A DNA stretch of 51,354 nt, counting the filler, from Catajapyx aquilonaris (taxonomy: Eukaryota), in NCBI GenBank assembly GCA_000934665.2. It is 3 parts of 3 records of this genome, joined end to end, with 100 filler letters (N's around TTAATTAATTAA, not from the genome) between each part and the next. Parts side by side here need not be neighbours in the genome. Positions count along the whole stretch, not along the records: positions 1 to 17,046 come from JYFJ02007047.1; 2 more parts are not named here. The stretch is one strand, 5' to 3'. The notes under the pieces are model-generated. The model ran no database searches, was not told the DNA's origin, and was given only the letters and a program-made list of their open reading frames with translations. Shown in pieces: positions 1-13,189 of the stretch. Position numbers and translations under genes: made by a program. Each line of letters opens with the position of its first letter. Position 1 is the first letter of the stretch.

Positions 1-169
1 TGGGAGCAGGAAGCGAGGGGAGTGTAGACCGAGGGAGAGAACAGGAAGTCGCTAATTAGGAGGGGGAAGGTGGTAGTAGAGGTCATTGACCGGCACAACA
101 GTGACACCAGAAGTAGGCCTTGGCTTGTATTCGCCTCCGCTCTGCCAGGAGGTTGGCAGTGAGGACCAA

Positions 170-700
170 CCAATGGACCAACATTCGGTGTTGAGGTTTT
201 TCTTCGGTTTGAAGACAACCGCGACGGAGGCATACGGCATTCTAAGACAGGTGTATGGTGAAGAAGTGTTCCACGGCATTCCTATGGTACAAGGCATTCA
301 GAGAGTCAGTAGTATAAGCTTTCAAAGACACAGGTCTGCAGACTCTCATCAAAGTTCTGACATAGGACCTCATTAACATCACCTGTGAAGTGATTGTTCA
401 GTAAGAACGCCGCATATCCGTCCATGGCCTTGCCAGAATATGTGGTATTTCCCATGGTAGTGCCCACGCAATTTTGCATGGCCATTTACTCATACGACGC
501 GTTTGCACCCTATGCGATGAATCTCCAGGTTGTTGACTACAAAAGAGAAGCAGATGCGGGTGAAAGTTTGTGAAGCGTTTCACCGTCTTGTGTTGTGGCC
601 TCACATGGTGACCAGCAGTATATGCTATTCACAATCTTACCATGTGGTACACCTTCATGGCTATTTTCTTCAATCGGAAGCAAAACCTCAACGCTGAATA
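170..700 (+). mobile_element. Degenerate mariner transposase, N-terminal HTH region
   Basis: MDQHSVLRFFFGLKTTATEAYGILRQVYGEE resembles the mariner N-terminal HTH; broken frames follow; a mariner-type end (GCCCTCGTA) lies at ~915-923. Confidence 0.6.
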
Positions 701-1430
701 TTGGCCCTCACCGCCAACCTCCTGGCAGAGCAGAGGCGAATGTGAACCTAGGCCTACTTCCGGTGTCACTGTCACTTGGGATCTTGGAATATTCGAACAA
801 AAATTGGTGATCTAATACTTCAATGCATTCTAGACACGATGATGCCACTCACGAAAAGTCATGAACTAATTCTCTTTATCACATAAAGAATCAGTCCCAA
901 TTTGCTTTGACTCGCCCTCGTAAATACGTGTATTGGAATATTACAAATAACCTAATAATGGTCACTGTAAAGTAGCATTCTAAGTAAGCATAATGTCAAT
1001 ATGAAGTGTCTTTTCCTTGTTGGAAAACAATTTTGCGAAACAGGATTTATGAGCGTAATAAATTTTATTGATCGAGGTCGTCCAGGGTAGAACCGAAGAC
1101 CCTACTGCTTATAGCATTCACTGTTCAAATCTGGCGATGTCCTGCATTGTGAGGAACCTGGCCAAAAAATAAATAAAAAAAATCAAGTCTCGCCAGGAGT
1201 TGGCAACACAAATCATGCAGATCAAATGAACTCATAGTATCGTATCACAGTAGTTTTTTTTGCTAGTTAGCTATTTTTACTGCACTGTATGGGTACCACA
1301 CACCTATACATCCTTCAATTGTTTCCCATCATTCCCATCATTGTAGCTAATTTATCCGCTTTTTACAAAATGTGGGTTTGCCCTGTTGCAGTAAGCCCTT
1401 CAATATAATTATTATGTTTCTCAATTCTAG

Positions 1431-4400
1431 GGCTTTAGAAAAGATGTCCGACCTCCAAGTGAAGAAAGGCCTGGGCGAACTTCACCTACACACTGGCAGG
1501 CTTTCACAGGCAGAAAGACTTTTTCAGGAGATGCTGGCTGAGAAACCTAATGACACGCTGATCCAAGAGCACTTGGTGAGTTATCTATACATTAAGGTAT
1601 TAATATGCTGCTTCGTAACTGTAAGCAAGAACTCCGCGACCGTTAGGCGTACAAAATTGGGAGTGGTGTCACATAGTGTTGGAATGCGTCTGTCAAACGT
1701 GGTTCGAGCGCTTTCTCTACAGTGATTGTGATGTCACCGATCGGCAAAGGTCCGGGCAATCCAAGGATGGGAGGTGCTACCGCACCCAGCGTACTCGCCA
1801 GACATTGTCCCTTCAGATTACCACCTGTTTCGTTCCATGCAACATGGCTTGTCTGGCAAGCACTTCGCCAATCTCACTGATGTCGAGGAATCGGTGGCTG
1901 GTGAGACAAAGCCCAGAAGCTTTTACCACCAAAGCATTCATCTGCTGCCTCAACGTTTCCAAGGGGTTATTGAAAGTGATGGTCAACGTTTGGATTTTAA
2001 AATGTTTTGCAAATAAGTTTTACCGATTTTTTATTTTCCCAAAACACCGCACGAACTTTTGCATAGACCTTTGTATAGCGGTTTGCAAGGGGTTTTTTTT
2101 GCTCTCCTGTAAAATGAGGAAAATGTTGAATTAGTCCTTTTGTCAGATTAACGACGCTCGTATTGTTCAATCAGTGCTGGCGGTCTTACAAGGTCTTCGA
2201 ATATATTGGTCAAAGTGTTTCTGGAGCCATGTGTGGATTTGTCACCAAAAGCTTTCTCTTCATGGAAGTTTTTTTTTGTTTCCATATTATCGTGTGATAC
2301 AGTATTAATAATTTATTATTATCAGTTTTGCCAAAAGAATGTCAATGGGTTTACGCCATTCACTAGTAGTCTCTTCAAGTACGTTACTTAGTTGGGGCTG
2401 CGCTAAGCGGCTAATAAATGCTCGCATGATATTAAGACTGGAAATACAGGGAGATCATAGTCACAATTTGGTCAAAATTGAGTTAGGTAACTCTCAGGTG
2501 GTCAAGCCATTTTTTATTTTCATAGAGGCATCGCCAAACAAAATTTTGAAGAAGAAAAAAATCCCATAAGAAATCATGCGGGCTTCAACTTTTAAAGCCG
2601 CCATATTTCTTATTCAGACAAATAATGCCATTCTGATAATATTCTGCATTTCAGATCTTCATACGTATTATAGTTATACTATGGAATGCTGCTAATGTTT
2701 GCCTCCATGTAGTATTGTACGACTCTATATGGACGAAATGTTTATCCTGTTCTCAACCTTGGGTCGCCATCATGTTTTAGGGGCATGACGAAATTCGGGA
2801 AAGGGGAATCAAAATAAAATAAAAAATTGAAGAACGAAACAAAGCAATGTAGGAAAATTTTAGGGGGGAAATTCACATCAAATCTACATAAGCATTGCAC
2901 CTGGTTGAACATTTTGGTCATTAAAATTTTTATTTAAAAATAGGGATGGGTCACTCGAGTCACCAGAGGTCCCGAAAAGGTTGTCCATAGGGTTTCGTCG
3001 AAATAAGGCTGGGAATAATGCTGGATAATCAGGATAAACATTTCGTCCATAGAGTCGTACCTTTCTTTATGAACGAGACTGTAGGCTACATATAATGTGT
3101 AATACATATCACAGGACAATGCGAGTGACATCAAATGAAAGCCTGGAATGTCCTCTTAAAAACCATACATTTACTTTTCTACATAATCACCACCTGCGCC
3201 AACGATGTAGGCCTACTAGCTCTTTCCTCCCGTCGCGTCGGGCCGCGTATAGGACTCACAGCTCTGGGAGCGGCACTAGGCACGTACATTACAGTACGTA
3301 TAGCCTCAACTTCTGTATTGGAGATGTACTGGTTGCCCTTCAGGTGTGTGTCAGACATGTGAAAGAAGTGGCAGGGCACAAGATCTTGGCTGTACACCGG
3401 ATGAGGAAGTGCAGGGAATTTGAGTCTCTGGAGAAGATGTCGTGCATGTTGAGTTCCTGACCGGTCGCAAAACTTAATTCTGAGGTGCATGTGGACACCT
3501 TGTGGTGGTTTCAGGCATGAGTGAACCGAAAGAATTTATCCAAAAAAGGCCCCATTTTCAAAATTTCGCGATTTTTTCTCTCCCCACGGTATGTCGAAAT
3601 TTGGCTGAAACTTGATATGCAGTGTTACGGCATAGGTGTGTACAGCTGTGATTATTTTCAAAAAAATCCTAGATGGTTTAATAACATTTTTTATTATGCC
3701 CGCTTGATTGGGAAAAAACTGCTATATTTGAGGACTTCGGTTTTTGACTGCCCCGAGGTCAGAAACAAATCAAAGACAAAATGAATGCCCATTATGAGTT
3801 ACTTGTGACCTAAGGAACACGAATATGACGATGAATTTCCATGGACAAAAAAAAGACAAATTTGGTTGCATAGTGTAATGCTCGACAAGCCATCACAACT
3901 GCGGATGCCCTCCAGAGACTCAAATTCCTCGTTCTTCCTCATCCGGTGTATAAAGCCCAGATCTTGTGCCCTATGACTGCTTTCCTTCTCCAAAAATGAA
4001 GATAGCTCCATTCAGCACTTGGTGCCTCTCCCACAGCCCAAATAAGAGTCCTACGCTAACGGGAGGTAAGAACTAGTACATCGTTGACACAAGTGCATTG
4101 CAGTGGGTGGTGATAGTGTAGAAGAGGACATTCCCAGCTTTCATTTGTTGTCATGTTCATTATCCAGTGATATGCATTACACATTCAATGTAAAAATTAT
4201 TATCAGCACGCCCTCGTAGATGAAGCCTTTCAGAATTCATTTAATACATACCTACAAGTTTATTGTAAATTATAGGTATTATGGTAAATACTACCTGCAT
4301 GCTGCAGTAAACAATATCTCATTGACTTCAAAATAACAAAACTTATTTTTAATTGGTGCGTCATGTGAAAGCTAAAGTTTTCAGGTTTCATTAGCTATAT

Positions 4401-5254
4401 ATCATGGTGTTTACTGTATCTCCTTTATTTAGCTCTACTATAGCCTTTTTGAATTTAATACATACTGTAAGACATTATATCAAACTTGTAATTATTCTGG
4501 TCTTCCTCTTTCCTCACTATCAAATGTAATTGTCAAAATATTAGGGAGCCTGTGCTGTTCGCTATCTCGAGTCCAAAGGTCACCCCTTGTTGAGTTCATG
4601 AGAAAAGTGAAATACAGTATCAGAATAAACTAATAGCGATAATGACGTACCGGTATTCAGTCACGCTATCGGTGCCCGAGAAGCAAGATGAAACGCTTTA
4701 TGTGAAGTGAGGTTCTGTTGCGGTGGCATTCGAAGAGGTTCATGCATAATTATTTGAGCAGGTACTGAATTCCATGCTACTCTAGGTCTCTGTAGAGCTT
4801 GTATACAAGCTGGAAATAATATGAAATTAAAATGAGAAAACTTACCATGGATTTTTAGTTTGTGTTCTGGAAAAAGTCTGTTATATTTCTCTGTTTTCAA
4901 GCCATTATTGACATTTTTCTGGACTTTTATTTATTTTCCTTTGTTTTGGCGACGCACGGATAATCCACCACACAGATAATCGGGAGTAGGCCTACAGTGT
5001 ATTGCTTTATGAGAGGGTGAGGGAGAGGAAAGATAATTGGGGGAGGTGTGACCTACATTATTTTGAGAGCAGGACAAATATGACAAATATGCAACAACAT
5101 CGAAGAAATGTGACATTTCATAATTATTTATGTAATGTGTGCATAGGTACAAGCCAAGTTTGATCAGCGGATATACCCAGAAGGGGAAGGACTTCTCAGC
5201 AGTCAAGTCCTGCAGGACAGTACGTCACATCCACACGAAGACGAGGAAGATTAA
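1431..5254 (+). CDS. 3' end of a TPR-repeat protein (exons 1431-1575 and probably 5147-5254)
   Basis: ttctag|G...CACTTG|gtgagt exon encodes ALEKMSDLQVKKGLGELHLHTGRLSQAERLFQEMLAEKPNDTLIQEHL (TPR-like). A phase-0 compatible exon at catag|5147 encodes VQAKFDQRIYPEGEGLLSSQVLQDSTSHPHEDEED*. The second exon is less certain. Confidence 0.5.
1610..2073 (+). mobile_element. Internally deleted mariner relic
   Basis: WFERF..DVTDRQRSG followed by VLPHPAYSPDIVPSDYHLFRSMQHGL (mariner YSPDL motif). Confidence 0.8.
2720..3057. mobile_element. TA-flanked MITE
   Basis: TIR CGACTCTAT(AT)GGACGAAATGTTTATCCTG and its reverse complement; TA on both sides. Confidence 0.65.
3330..4216 (-). mobile_element. Mariner relic fragments
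   Basis: PALPHPVYSQDLVPCHFF (decayed YSPDLAP) at ~3350-3450, a related copy at ~3900-3990, and a GCCCTCG-TA terminus at 4216. Confidence 0.55.
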
Positions 5255-5492
5255 GTGTGTTCAACAAAAGGGAAAGCCACCGGTTAACCTATATGGTCAG
5301 CTTTCCTTTTGTAACAATTAGAGGTCTGACTGCAAAGTTTGGCCAACCAACAACCATCACAACCTACATAGCGATGTAATTGGAGTTGAAAACAACATAC
5401 CTTTGTCCTATTAAGGTACTTACACGAGTCACATTCTATTATAATGCAAAATGAAGCAACATTGCAGTATTTCTAACATTATTCTATGTATA

Positions 5493-5738
5493 CAGTTGTG
5501 TGTTCCAAGCATCCGCGTCCTTGTAGTTGCCTCATATTTAATTTGGCCCGAAGTTGTTGCTTTTGTATAGCTTTTTGAGCCCCGATCAAGGTGCCCAATT
5601 ATACGTATAGCAACTGCTATGTTCGATCACACTTAGGGATAATTATTATTGGGCATCTGCTTAGGGACGCAAAGAGCTACACAAAACTAACAACTTCTGG
5701 CCAAATGCTATAACTAAAGGGATACTTGGAGCACACTG
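5493..5738. mobile_element. Tc1/mariner-type foldback MITE
   Basis: TA-CAGTTGTGTGTTCCAAG ... CTTGGAGCACACTG-TA with internal inverted symmetry. Confidence 0.6.
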
Positions 5739-7400
5739 TATACTGTATAAAGTTATAATAATTATGCCCCAGTGCTAGTAGTACAGCACATAATTATTAC
5801 AGTAGTAATCTTAAAAACTGTAGAGCATGGCTGCAGTGGTGCATACATGAAGACAGGTCATAAAACGAAAACGTCATATCTCACTTGCAAGAGCCAACAA
5901 AGTCACATTAAACATGCAACCGAAAGTCTCGCATTTCATTTTCAAAAAATTAGCTAATGTAGTTGCTAAAATTTGTACGCGGTTCCGTTAGTGATTTGCC
6001 ATTATTAATATTGTTGCCATATTAATTGAATCCATTTTTTCAGACAATTATTCCAACATCCAGAATTGAGATCAAGACTTGCCACCAATCAAGAAATTGA
6101 TATCCCTCAGAAAGCACGACATTACGACAGTTCAAAAATTATAATTCCAACAATTATTTAACAAACTCACCGTCAGTCTAGAAATAAACTGGGGGGGGGG
6201 GGGGGGTTAAAGTTGCNTTGCTAATTATGTAGCATCTATGCCGTCCACAACAAACATCCAGGCCTATATGATATAGTGCTGTTACTACTGATTTAATCAA
6301 AGTGTTGCTTGATTGCAAAAATTGGGCATGTACAGTGCACGTATACTTTTTCTTCAAAAGAAAGCAAAACCTTACCGCTGAATTCCTCACCGCCGACCTC
6401 CACCTTGACACTGGCAGAGCAGAGGCGAATATATGAACCTACCGTTTCCTGGGATCGCGGCATATTCGAACATGAATTCTGGTTATAATATTCCAAGACA
6501 TGGCTTTACAGTTTACACGCCAGTGGTGAACTAATTTTCTTTCTCACATTAAAAAATTCAGTCGCAATTTGTTTTGACTGGTTCTCGTATTTTCAGATCC
6601 CTGGGTACCAGGTCCTAGAGTCATTTGTGTTTTTGCATCTGTGTGACTTTGGGTGAGTACACCATACCTGTCCATCCTGTGGCCCTGCCCTGGCATTGCC
6701 CGTCGATGATTTTGGTTAGATGCGAGAGTCATTGGTGTGAAAAGGTTTACAAAAGGGGCTTTCACCTTTTGCATAAATGTCAAATTTGAAAGGACAAAGA
6801 GTGATGTTTGCCACCATGGTCCGAGACGTGATTGTGTTGGCATTAATTTGTGTACAATATTTTTAGGGTCTAATTATTTTTTCAGTTAACTGATATGTTT
6901 GACAAGAACACACTTTTTATGAGGCTTCTTTATGATGATGAAATTTTAATTGAGAAGTTCCAGCTGATGAGACACTAATTATGTCATGTGTGGCCTTAGG
7001 AATGCTGTAGGCCTATACTGTCTCTAATAAAGGACTCTATTTGTACTTGGCTTTAGGAAGGTCATATCAATTAATATTAAAATAATTATAAATATAAATA
7101 TAAATAATATAAAAATACATAAGGATTAATAATTCTGTAAAGGAATCCCGCTCCCATTAAGGAATAAATTACCTGAAACCTGAAGGGCAGTGCCGGATTG
7201 AACTTGGCAAATCTGGGGAGGGGGGGGGGGGAAGCTAAAAAATTTCGCGCCCTTCCGTTCGTCCCCCCTCCCACTCCCCTTAAATGAACAGAGGCCTATC
7301 TCCTTTACGGTGTCTTTGTCCACGCAAAATGACAGGGAGTATCACTTTCATTTCTATTTAGCCTACAGATTGTTCCTTGGTATAAGCTAGGAAACATATA

Positions 7401-7639
7401 CAGGGTATTCCAAGAAAATATTAGTATCTTACTTTTAGTTCTCTCAAAGCTGTTAATTTTTGTAGCTTGTTGCGCCCACAATCAGAGGCCTATTCTACTG
7501 TATAGAAACTGATATATTCGACAGCCTAGGACTCGAGGAGTAATGGAACATCTGGATAAGGGCACAAGCTACACAAAATTAACTACTTTGGGCAATATTC
7601 GTGATAACTAAAAACGACCCACGAACTTGGAACACCCTG
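7401..7639. mobile_element. Tc1/mariner-type MITE related to 5493-5738
   Basis: CAGGGTATTCCAAG ... CTTGGAACACCCTG; shares the AGCTACACAAAA motif with the 5493 element. Confidence 0.6.
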
Positions 7640-7889
7640 TTTACCGGTACTTTCATTTGTTAAATCCACCAAAAAAACAAATATAAAACAATAGACAATT
7701 CACACATTCATTTGGAACTATTAACATGAGTTCAATAATTGTATAAACTTTGAACTATACTGTATTTAAACTCTTAACTTGCAAAACTTCACAAGAAGCA
7801 TTTACGATTTAATTTGAAAATCATTTATTCTGCATCCCTGTTATTACCAATGCAACCCTGGAGCTTTAACACATGCGTACCTATCAGTC

Positions 7890-8460
7890 ACTTCATCGTC
7901 CAGGAAAGATAGTTCGTAATAAACTTAAGCTTACTGAAACTACGTTCTCAAGTTGCAATCAACACTGGAGTGGTAAGCAATAAAAAATATACTGTGACTG
8001 CATGTGGAAAGACTTCTTGCAGATCTTTCTTCACAATGAACTCAACAGCATCAGTCGGCCTCTATGTGTATTTGGAAAGCTCTTTTCGATTAGAACTCGT
8101 CTCAAAGAAAACATCTCTGGCGTCAAACTGGTATCAAAGTCATCGCAATATTTTGTGACTTGGTTGTCACATAATTCAACTAACTGGTCCTTGACAACAC
8201 CATTAACTTAGTGCAGGGATTCTTAACCTTTTCGGACCTCCGAACGGTCCCTTTGAAGACAGTTGGTCCTTGTCGCACCCCCTATACCAGGGGTGATTGA
8301 TTGAGTTCATAGTTAGACTAAGTCCAGAGATGCACCTTTCTCGTACCCCCAGGGGAGCCAGCACCCCAGGTTAAGAACCACTGACTTAGTGGGATATAAA
8401 ATAATTGAGAAGAGATAGGCAACTTCGGCGCAAACCTTCAAAATGACACTGCTTGTTTAG
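7890..8460 (-). mobile_element. hAT (Tip100/ZMYM1-like) transposase pseudogene, C-terminal dimerisation region
   Basis: Manual minus-strand translation gives DQLVELCDNQVTKYCDDFDTSLTPEMF ... DLQEVFPHAVTVYFLLLTTP..ERSFSKLKFITNYLSWTM (hATC motif) with stops and frameshifts; candidate terminus CAGTGCCGGATT at 7188. Confidence 0.75.
8214..8383. mobile_element. hAT (Charlie-type) MITE with 8-bp TSD
   Basis: TIRs CAGGGATTCTTAACCT / AGGTTAAGAACCACTG; ACTTAGTG at 8206-8213 and 8384-8391. Confidence 0.9.
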
Positions 8461-8709
8461 CCTATAGCGTATTATGAAATGTCTAAATGAAGATACTCAT
8501 AGTAGCTTGGTTATGTGTAGTGCACTTTGAAATTCCTTATAATCTTAAAGTTGTGAGTAAGCAGCATCAGCTAATAAGGCTTAATGCCTTAGGCTGCCCC
8601 TATTTTTGTGAATGCAGTAACCATTTCCGACTAAGTATCCCGTACAAAGTAAAGGGGAAGTATTTCCGGCTAAGTACCCCGTTTTACCCTTCTCTCCCCT
8701 ACTTATTAG

Positions 8710-10294
8710 TAAGGTGGGGGAAGATGCCGCACGGGGGAAGACGGCAATTTTCTTCTTTCTCCGTGTGACTGACACTGAGGTGTGACGAATCTCTCCCTAT
8801 ATGCTAAGAGAGCACCTCCTCTCTCCCACCCATAACCATGAGATGAAGTCAGCAAGATCAATTAAACCGGTCCAAATATTGAAAATTTGTGAAAACTATA
8901 CCATCATTTGAGCACGTCATCTAAGAGACAAAACTCGTTTCAAGCTCCAGGGAGAGAACAACAGGCTGTATAAAGTTATTTAAATTTGTTCCCTTGTCGA
9001 AGTGGGATGTGAGTAACGTAGTGGGCTGAATTAATAGGTGTTGGTTACAAAGGTACGACGCAATAATTTTTCGCTTTCTACCCAGTTGACATTGGGGGAA
9101 GATGCCTCATGTGGACTGGGGGAAGATGCCAATTGGGTATTATTAACGTAGGGGCAGAATTCACTGCCTTGATGAAGCCAATAAACTTAATTTAAATAAT
9201 TAGCTGCAAGATCTCATTGCCACTTTGAGGATCACGGTTTCATACACCGCCGAACAAGGCCTGCAAACGTGCTGGCCAAAATTGGATCATTTACAACTCA
9301 GCAACAATAAGACATCAAAAATTATGGCAAAGAAGAAACGAAAGACGTTCATTCCATCACCTGTGAACTGCCTGACTGTAGGACTGTGAAGAAAATAAGA
9401 AGCACATCAGAATTGCACTTTTCACCAGTATAGTTCCTCTATTGCGCCATCTTACCCCATGGCATGGGGGAAGACGCCGTACAGTAAAATTTCTATAAGT
9501 CGAACTTCCCTAAGTCGAAGTTCTCTATAAGTCGAAGAAAATGATGAGCTTTGTTGGTCCCAATGTAATAGGAAATAAACTTCCCTAACTCGAATTTCTA
9601 TAACTCGAAGTTCTCCATAACTCGAAGTGCAGGCAGGGCCTTACGATGGGATATCAATGCATTTTCAGTCTCCCTAAGTCCAAGTTAATGTTGATGAGTA
9701 TGGAAAATTTTCTCATTTCCCAGCCGAAGGGTCGAGAGTAGGCCACATGTACTGTACAGAAAGGATCAATTTCCTGCTGATCTCCTTCTACCAGACGTAC
9801 CGAAAGAAGTGTTTGACTCGATTGTGACAATTGAATCCTTGAATCTTAGAGTAGGCAAATGTCCACAGCGGAGACTTTTTTACAACAAACCAACGAGGAA
9901 CGTTGTAAGTGTGCTAGTGATAGTTATAAGTCATGAACACCTTTAGTCGCTGGATATGAAGATAGGCTTCCTTATAGAGTTATGTGCTTTAAAAAATCCA
10001 AACTTCTCTAACTCGAATCTTCTATAACTCGAAGTTTTTTTCCGGTCCCATGGAGATTCGACTTATAGAAGTTTTACTGTATTTGCAGAGTTTTCTTAAA
10101 ACTTTAATAAATAGCATTTCCCTTTCCCTTTATATACGTTTATGGTATGTCCGCGTAGCAAATAAATAAAACATTAAAAACCTTAAGGTTTCATAAAGGA
10201 TATCTCCATTGGTGGTATTGAGATTGATTCATGAGGTTTGCTTCTGCACCAGCGTATAAGTGCTTAACTTCTGCGTCTTCCCCCGACACACTTA
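8710..10294. mobile_element. Non-autonomous DNA element with repeated GGGGGAAGA(T/C)GC motifs
   Basis: Motif at ~8716, 8733, 9094, 9118 and 9466, inverted at ~10273; boundaries approximate. Confidence 0.5.
9482..10079. mobile_element. pogo/Tigger-type MITE nested in the previous element
   Basis: TA-CAGTAAAATTTCTATAAGTCGAA ... TTCGACTTATAGAAGTTTTACTG-TA; many subterminal TAA(G/C)TCGAA repeats. Confidence 0.85.
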
Positions 10295-11324
10295 CCTATA
10301 TGGAATTTACAAGTACGGGTTGATTCTCTCGCTGCTAAATCCAAGCATTCCTCAATAACTTTTTAACTTATTCTTGTAAGGTTCCCTATGAAACTTAACA
10401 TGACTTGTATGTTGCAAAACAAAGTCTGCATATAGCATGTGCTGAAAATTGTCCCCATCACAATTATTCAAGCACTGTTGTAGGCTAGTCTGCATATTGG
10501 TGAAGACGTGCTAATGTGACATAGGTGATGGCAACAACTTCCTGACGTATTGTGCCTTTGAGGGTGTCAGTTGTTAACAGCTTATTGAACTGTAAGAATA
10601 ATTATATTTTCTCGGTGATGTCAGCAACCGATCCTTACATCCTGCACCCTGCGATCAAACATCTTCCGGTCTCCTGTGTGTTGATTCAAAACTCTTCCTA
10701 TTGTATCTAATTTTTTAGCCAATTTGCGAATACAGGATTTTGACGGTACACTTTATATACAGTACCCATTCCTAAATGTCATTTGACGCTGGTTTAAATG
10801 AAAGCGTTCGCCAATGTTCACAAAAAATAAACAGGGTCTGTTCAACTTATTACATGTCAGCACATAATTATTATGCAGACTCGCATACAATAGTGCTTGG
10901 AGCTGGAGGGGACAAGACAGGGGGATTTTCTCGCTAGAAACCCAAACATTTCTCAATGTTATAAAATTATTGTATGGTTCCCTCTGAAAACTGAAATGTA
11001 CTTTTCAGCATAATACGTAATTATGCTGTCAGTGGTAGAACTTGTTTTGCAACATACAAGGTATACTCGTAAGTACATTTCAGTTTTCAGAATGAGCTAT
11101 ACAATAATTTTAAAAACATGAGAAATGTTTGGGTTTACAAGTGAGAGAAAAAAAAGGTAGATTTGGTACAAGAAAAAAATAATAGATTTTGTGGATAGAG
11201 AAATTATGACTAAATATGCAATATCAGCATGAATGCATAAGAAACACCTGATATTGTTCATTTTTTTAAACGACACTGACCAGTGTAAGTGCAACTATAG
11301 CCTATACCGGTACTGTACACTATA

Positions 11325-11532
11325 CAGGGTGGTCCAACATCAAGTGTCGTTTTATAACGGCTATTAATAGAAGCGCTTTACGATTGACGTAGCAGCGACG
11401 TGTGAAATTGCCCACTTCGATGGCGCCGAAGATGCGCCGAAGTGGGACATTTTACGCGTCGCTGCTACGTCATCGCAAAATCACTGCTATTAATCGCCGT
11501 TATAAAACGACACTTGATGTTGGACCACCCTG
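11325..11532. mobile_element. Palindromic Tc1/mariner MITE
   Basis: TA-CAGGGTGGTCCAACATCAAGTGTCGTTTTATAACGGC and exact reverse complement at the right end. Confidence 0.85.
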
Positions 11533-13125
11533 TATAGTCATCGCTGGCTACCCTGCTCTGGGATTAATGCCGTGAGGAAATGAATGAATGAATGTGGATG
11601 TCCAGTTGATTTTAACCCGATTTTCCATGGATGTGCCCATGGGATATTTTGATGCTTCTTGGGATACAATGGTGGATGTCCATCATGAAACTGGTCCAAC
11701 CCGCTTATAATACTGGTTCGATATATGCATGCATCGTTTGTTTATCGTTTGTTTACGTTTGTTTTGGTGGTCCTGTCGTTTGTTTCGGAATGGATCCATT
11801 TTTTAAAAAAAACATTGTGGATGCGGCTAACTTCACGCGACGTCACGTCGCCATCATTCTCTTCTGGTCCATTTTTGTTGACTATCCGCAGCCATCCTCA
11901 TCGCGGGAATAGTCTTGTCAAGCTGGTTACATACCCTGCAATTTTCATACACCCAGCTTTGGAAGAACGATGCTTCGCTACCAGCTTGTGAACCTGCAGT
12001 GCCCTTGCTTCTCCTTTCAGTAGGCTACTCTGTGCTTCACGTCTTCGAATTCCCCTTGCAGTGATGTATGGTGATTTGAAGTGTCTCACCATCACTGCAG
12101 ACCATAGGGTGAAGTCAGGTGCTATGCGTATAAACTATTCAGCTACATATCTCGAGTAATATGCGCCTACTCTTCCTCAGTGGTCGACGGAGTTCGTGCA
12201 GCCCTCCTCAGTCTGCCCTTCGTCTAATCCCAATGTCACATACCCATTTCTTGATGCAATCCGGTGAATTTTTCAGTGACTCTGGCACATGACAATCAGG
12301 TAGACGTTGTCCAGGCTGAATGTCTGGCTCGTTTTCTTGAATGGCATTCTCCAGAACTCCAATCCCCTTGATTTCTTGGGACAAAAATTTCAGAGAATCT
12401 TCCATAGGGAAGAAATAACCACATTCGTCTCGTCCCTCTTCTTCTGAAAGAGCCAAAGTAAGTGTATGAAGCAAAATCTCCGGGTCCGCTACTATACAGT
12501 ATAGGCCTACTGACTGTTATCTATCACAGTTTTTAAACGAAAATTAATGACCGCCAAAATTTCGTGTTAGTTCCGAGTGCTGCCAGTACAGGCGCAAAAT
12601 CTGTGTGGTGTGCTGCCATCTGTTGGTATCACTACTACACTCAATCGATCAATCCATTCTTTTACCTAAGTGCGCCTCATTGTTTGAGTCCACTGAGGGA
12701 CACTACAGTGTGCTCCATACTGTACAATGTTTAATCTTAATTTATGTATAGTAACATATTGCAGTTTAACAGAAACAAAATTGTAGGACGGGAGGTACAA
12801 TCTTTAGCATCTACTGCTGTAGCCTATTGTCTATAACTTTAAAGCAAGGCCTAAATTATGTGCCTAAATTTTCCTTGTCAGCCCTATTCACTATAATGCT
12901 TTGATTGATTAGGATAAGTAATGCAGCTAGACGATGTTAACTATTTACTTACTCAAGTAATAAACCACCCAGCACGATTTAACTGGGTGAAGCAATTAGA
13001 TACACTTCTGAACGAATATGGCCAATCCATTACAAATTTTACAACGAAAGACGACCCACCAACTGGCTTCAAAAATATGTAACTTTAACCCAGACTGTGT
13101 TTAGCCGTGGAAATTAAAAACTACT

Positions 13126-13189
13126 ACAACTGTCTTGAACAATCGGATAAAAATAGCCCTATTTTTATCCGATTGTTCAAGACAGTTGT
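13126..13189. repeat. Perfect 31-bp inverted repeat with 2-nt spacer
   Basis: ACAACTGTCTTGAACAATCGGATAAAAATAG-CC-CTATTTTTATCCGATTGTTCAAGACAGTTGT. Confidence 0.9.

Noticed and set aside
6960..7000. Hammerhead ribozyme core CTGATGA (also CTGACGA at ~50003 and CTGATGA at 36021)
   Set aside because: No correctly placed GAAA with a stem II and supporting stems
9482..10079. Repeated TAAGTCGAA/TAACTCGAA units as a CRISPR-like array
   Set aside because: Short, irregularly spaced and inside TA-flanked TIRs: MITE subterminal repeats in a eukaryote
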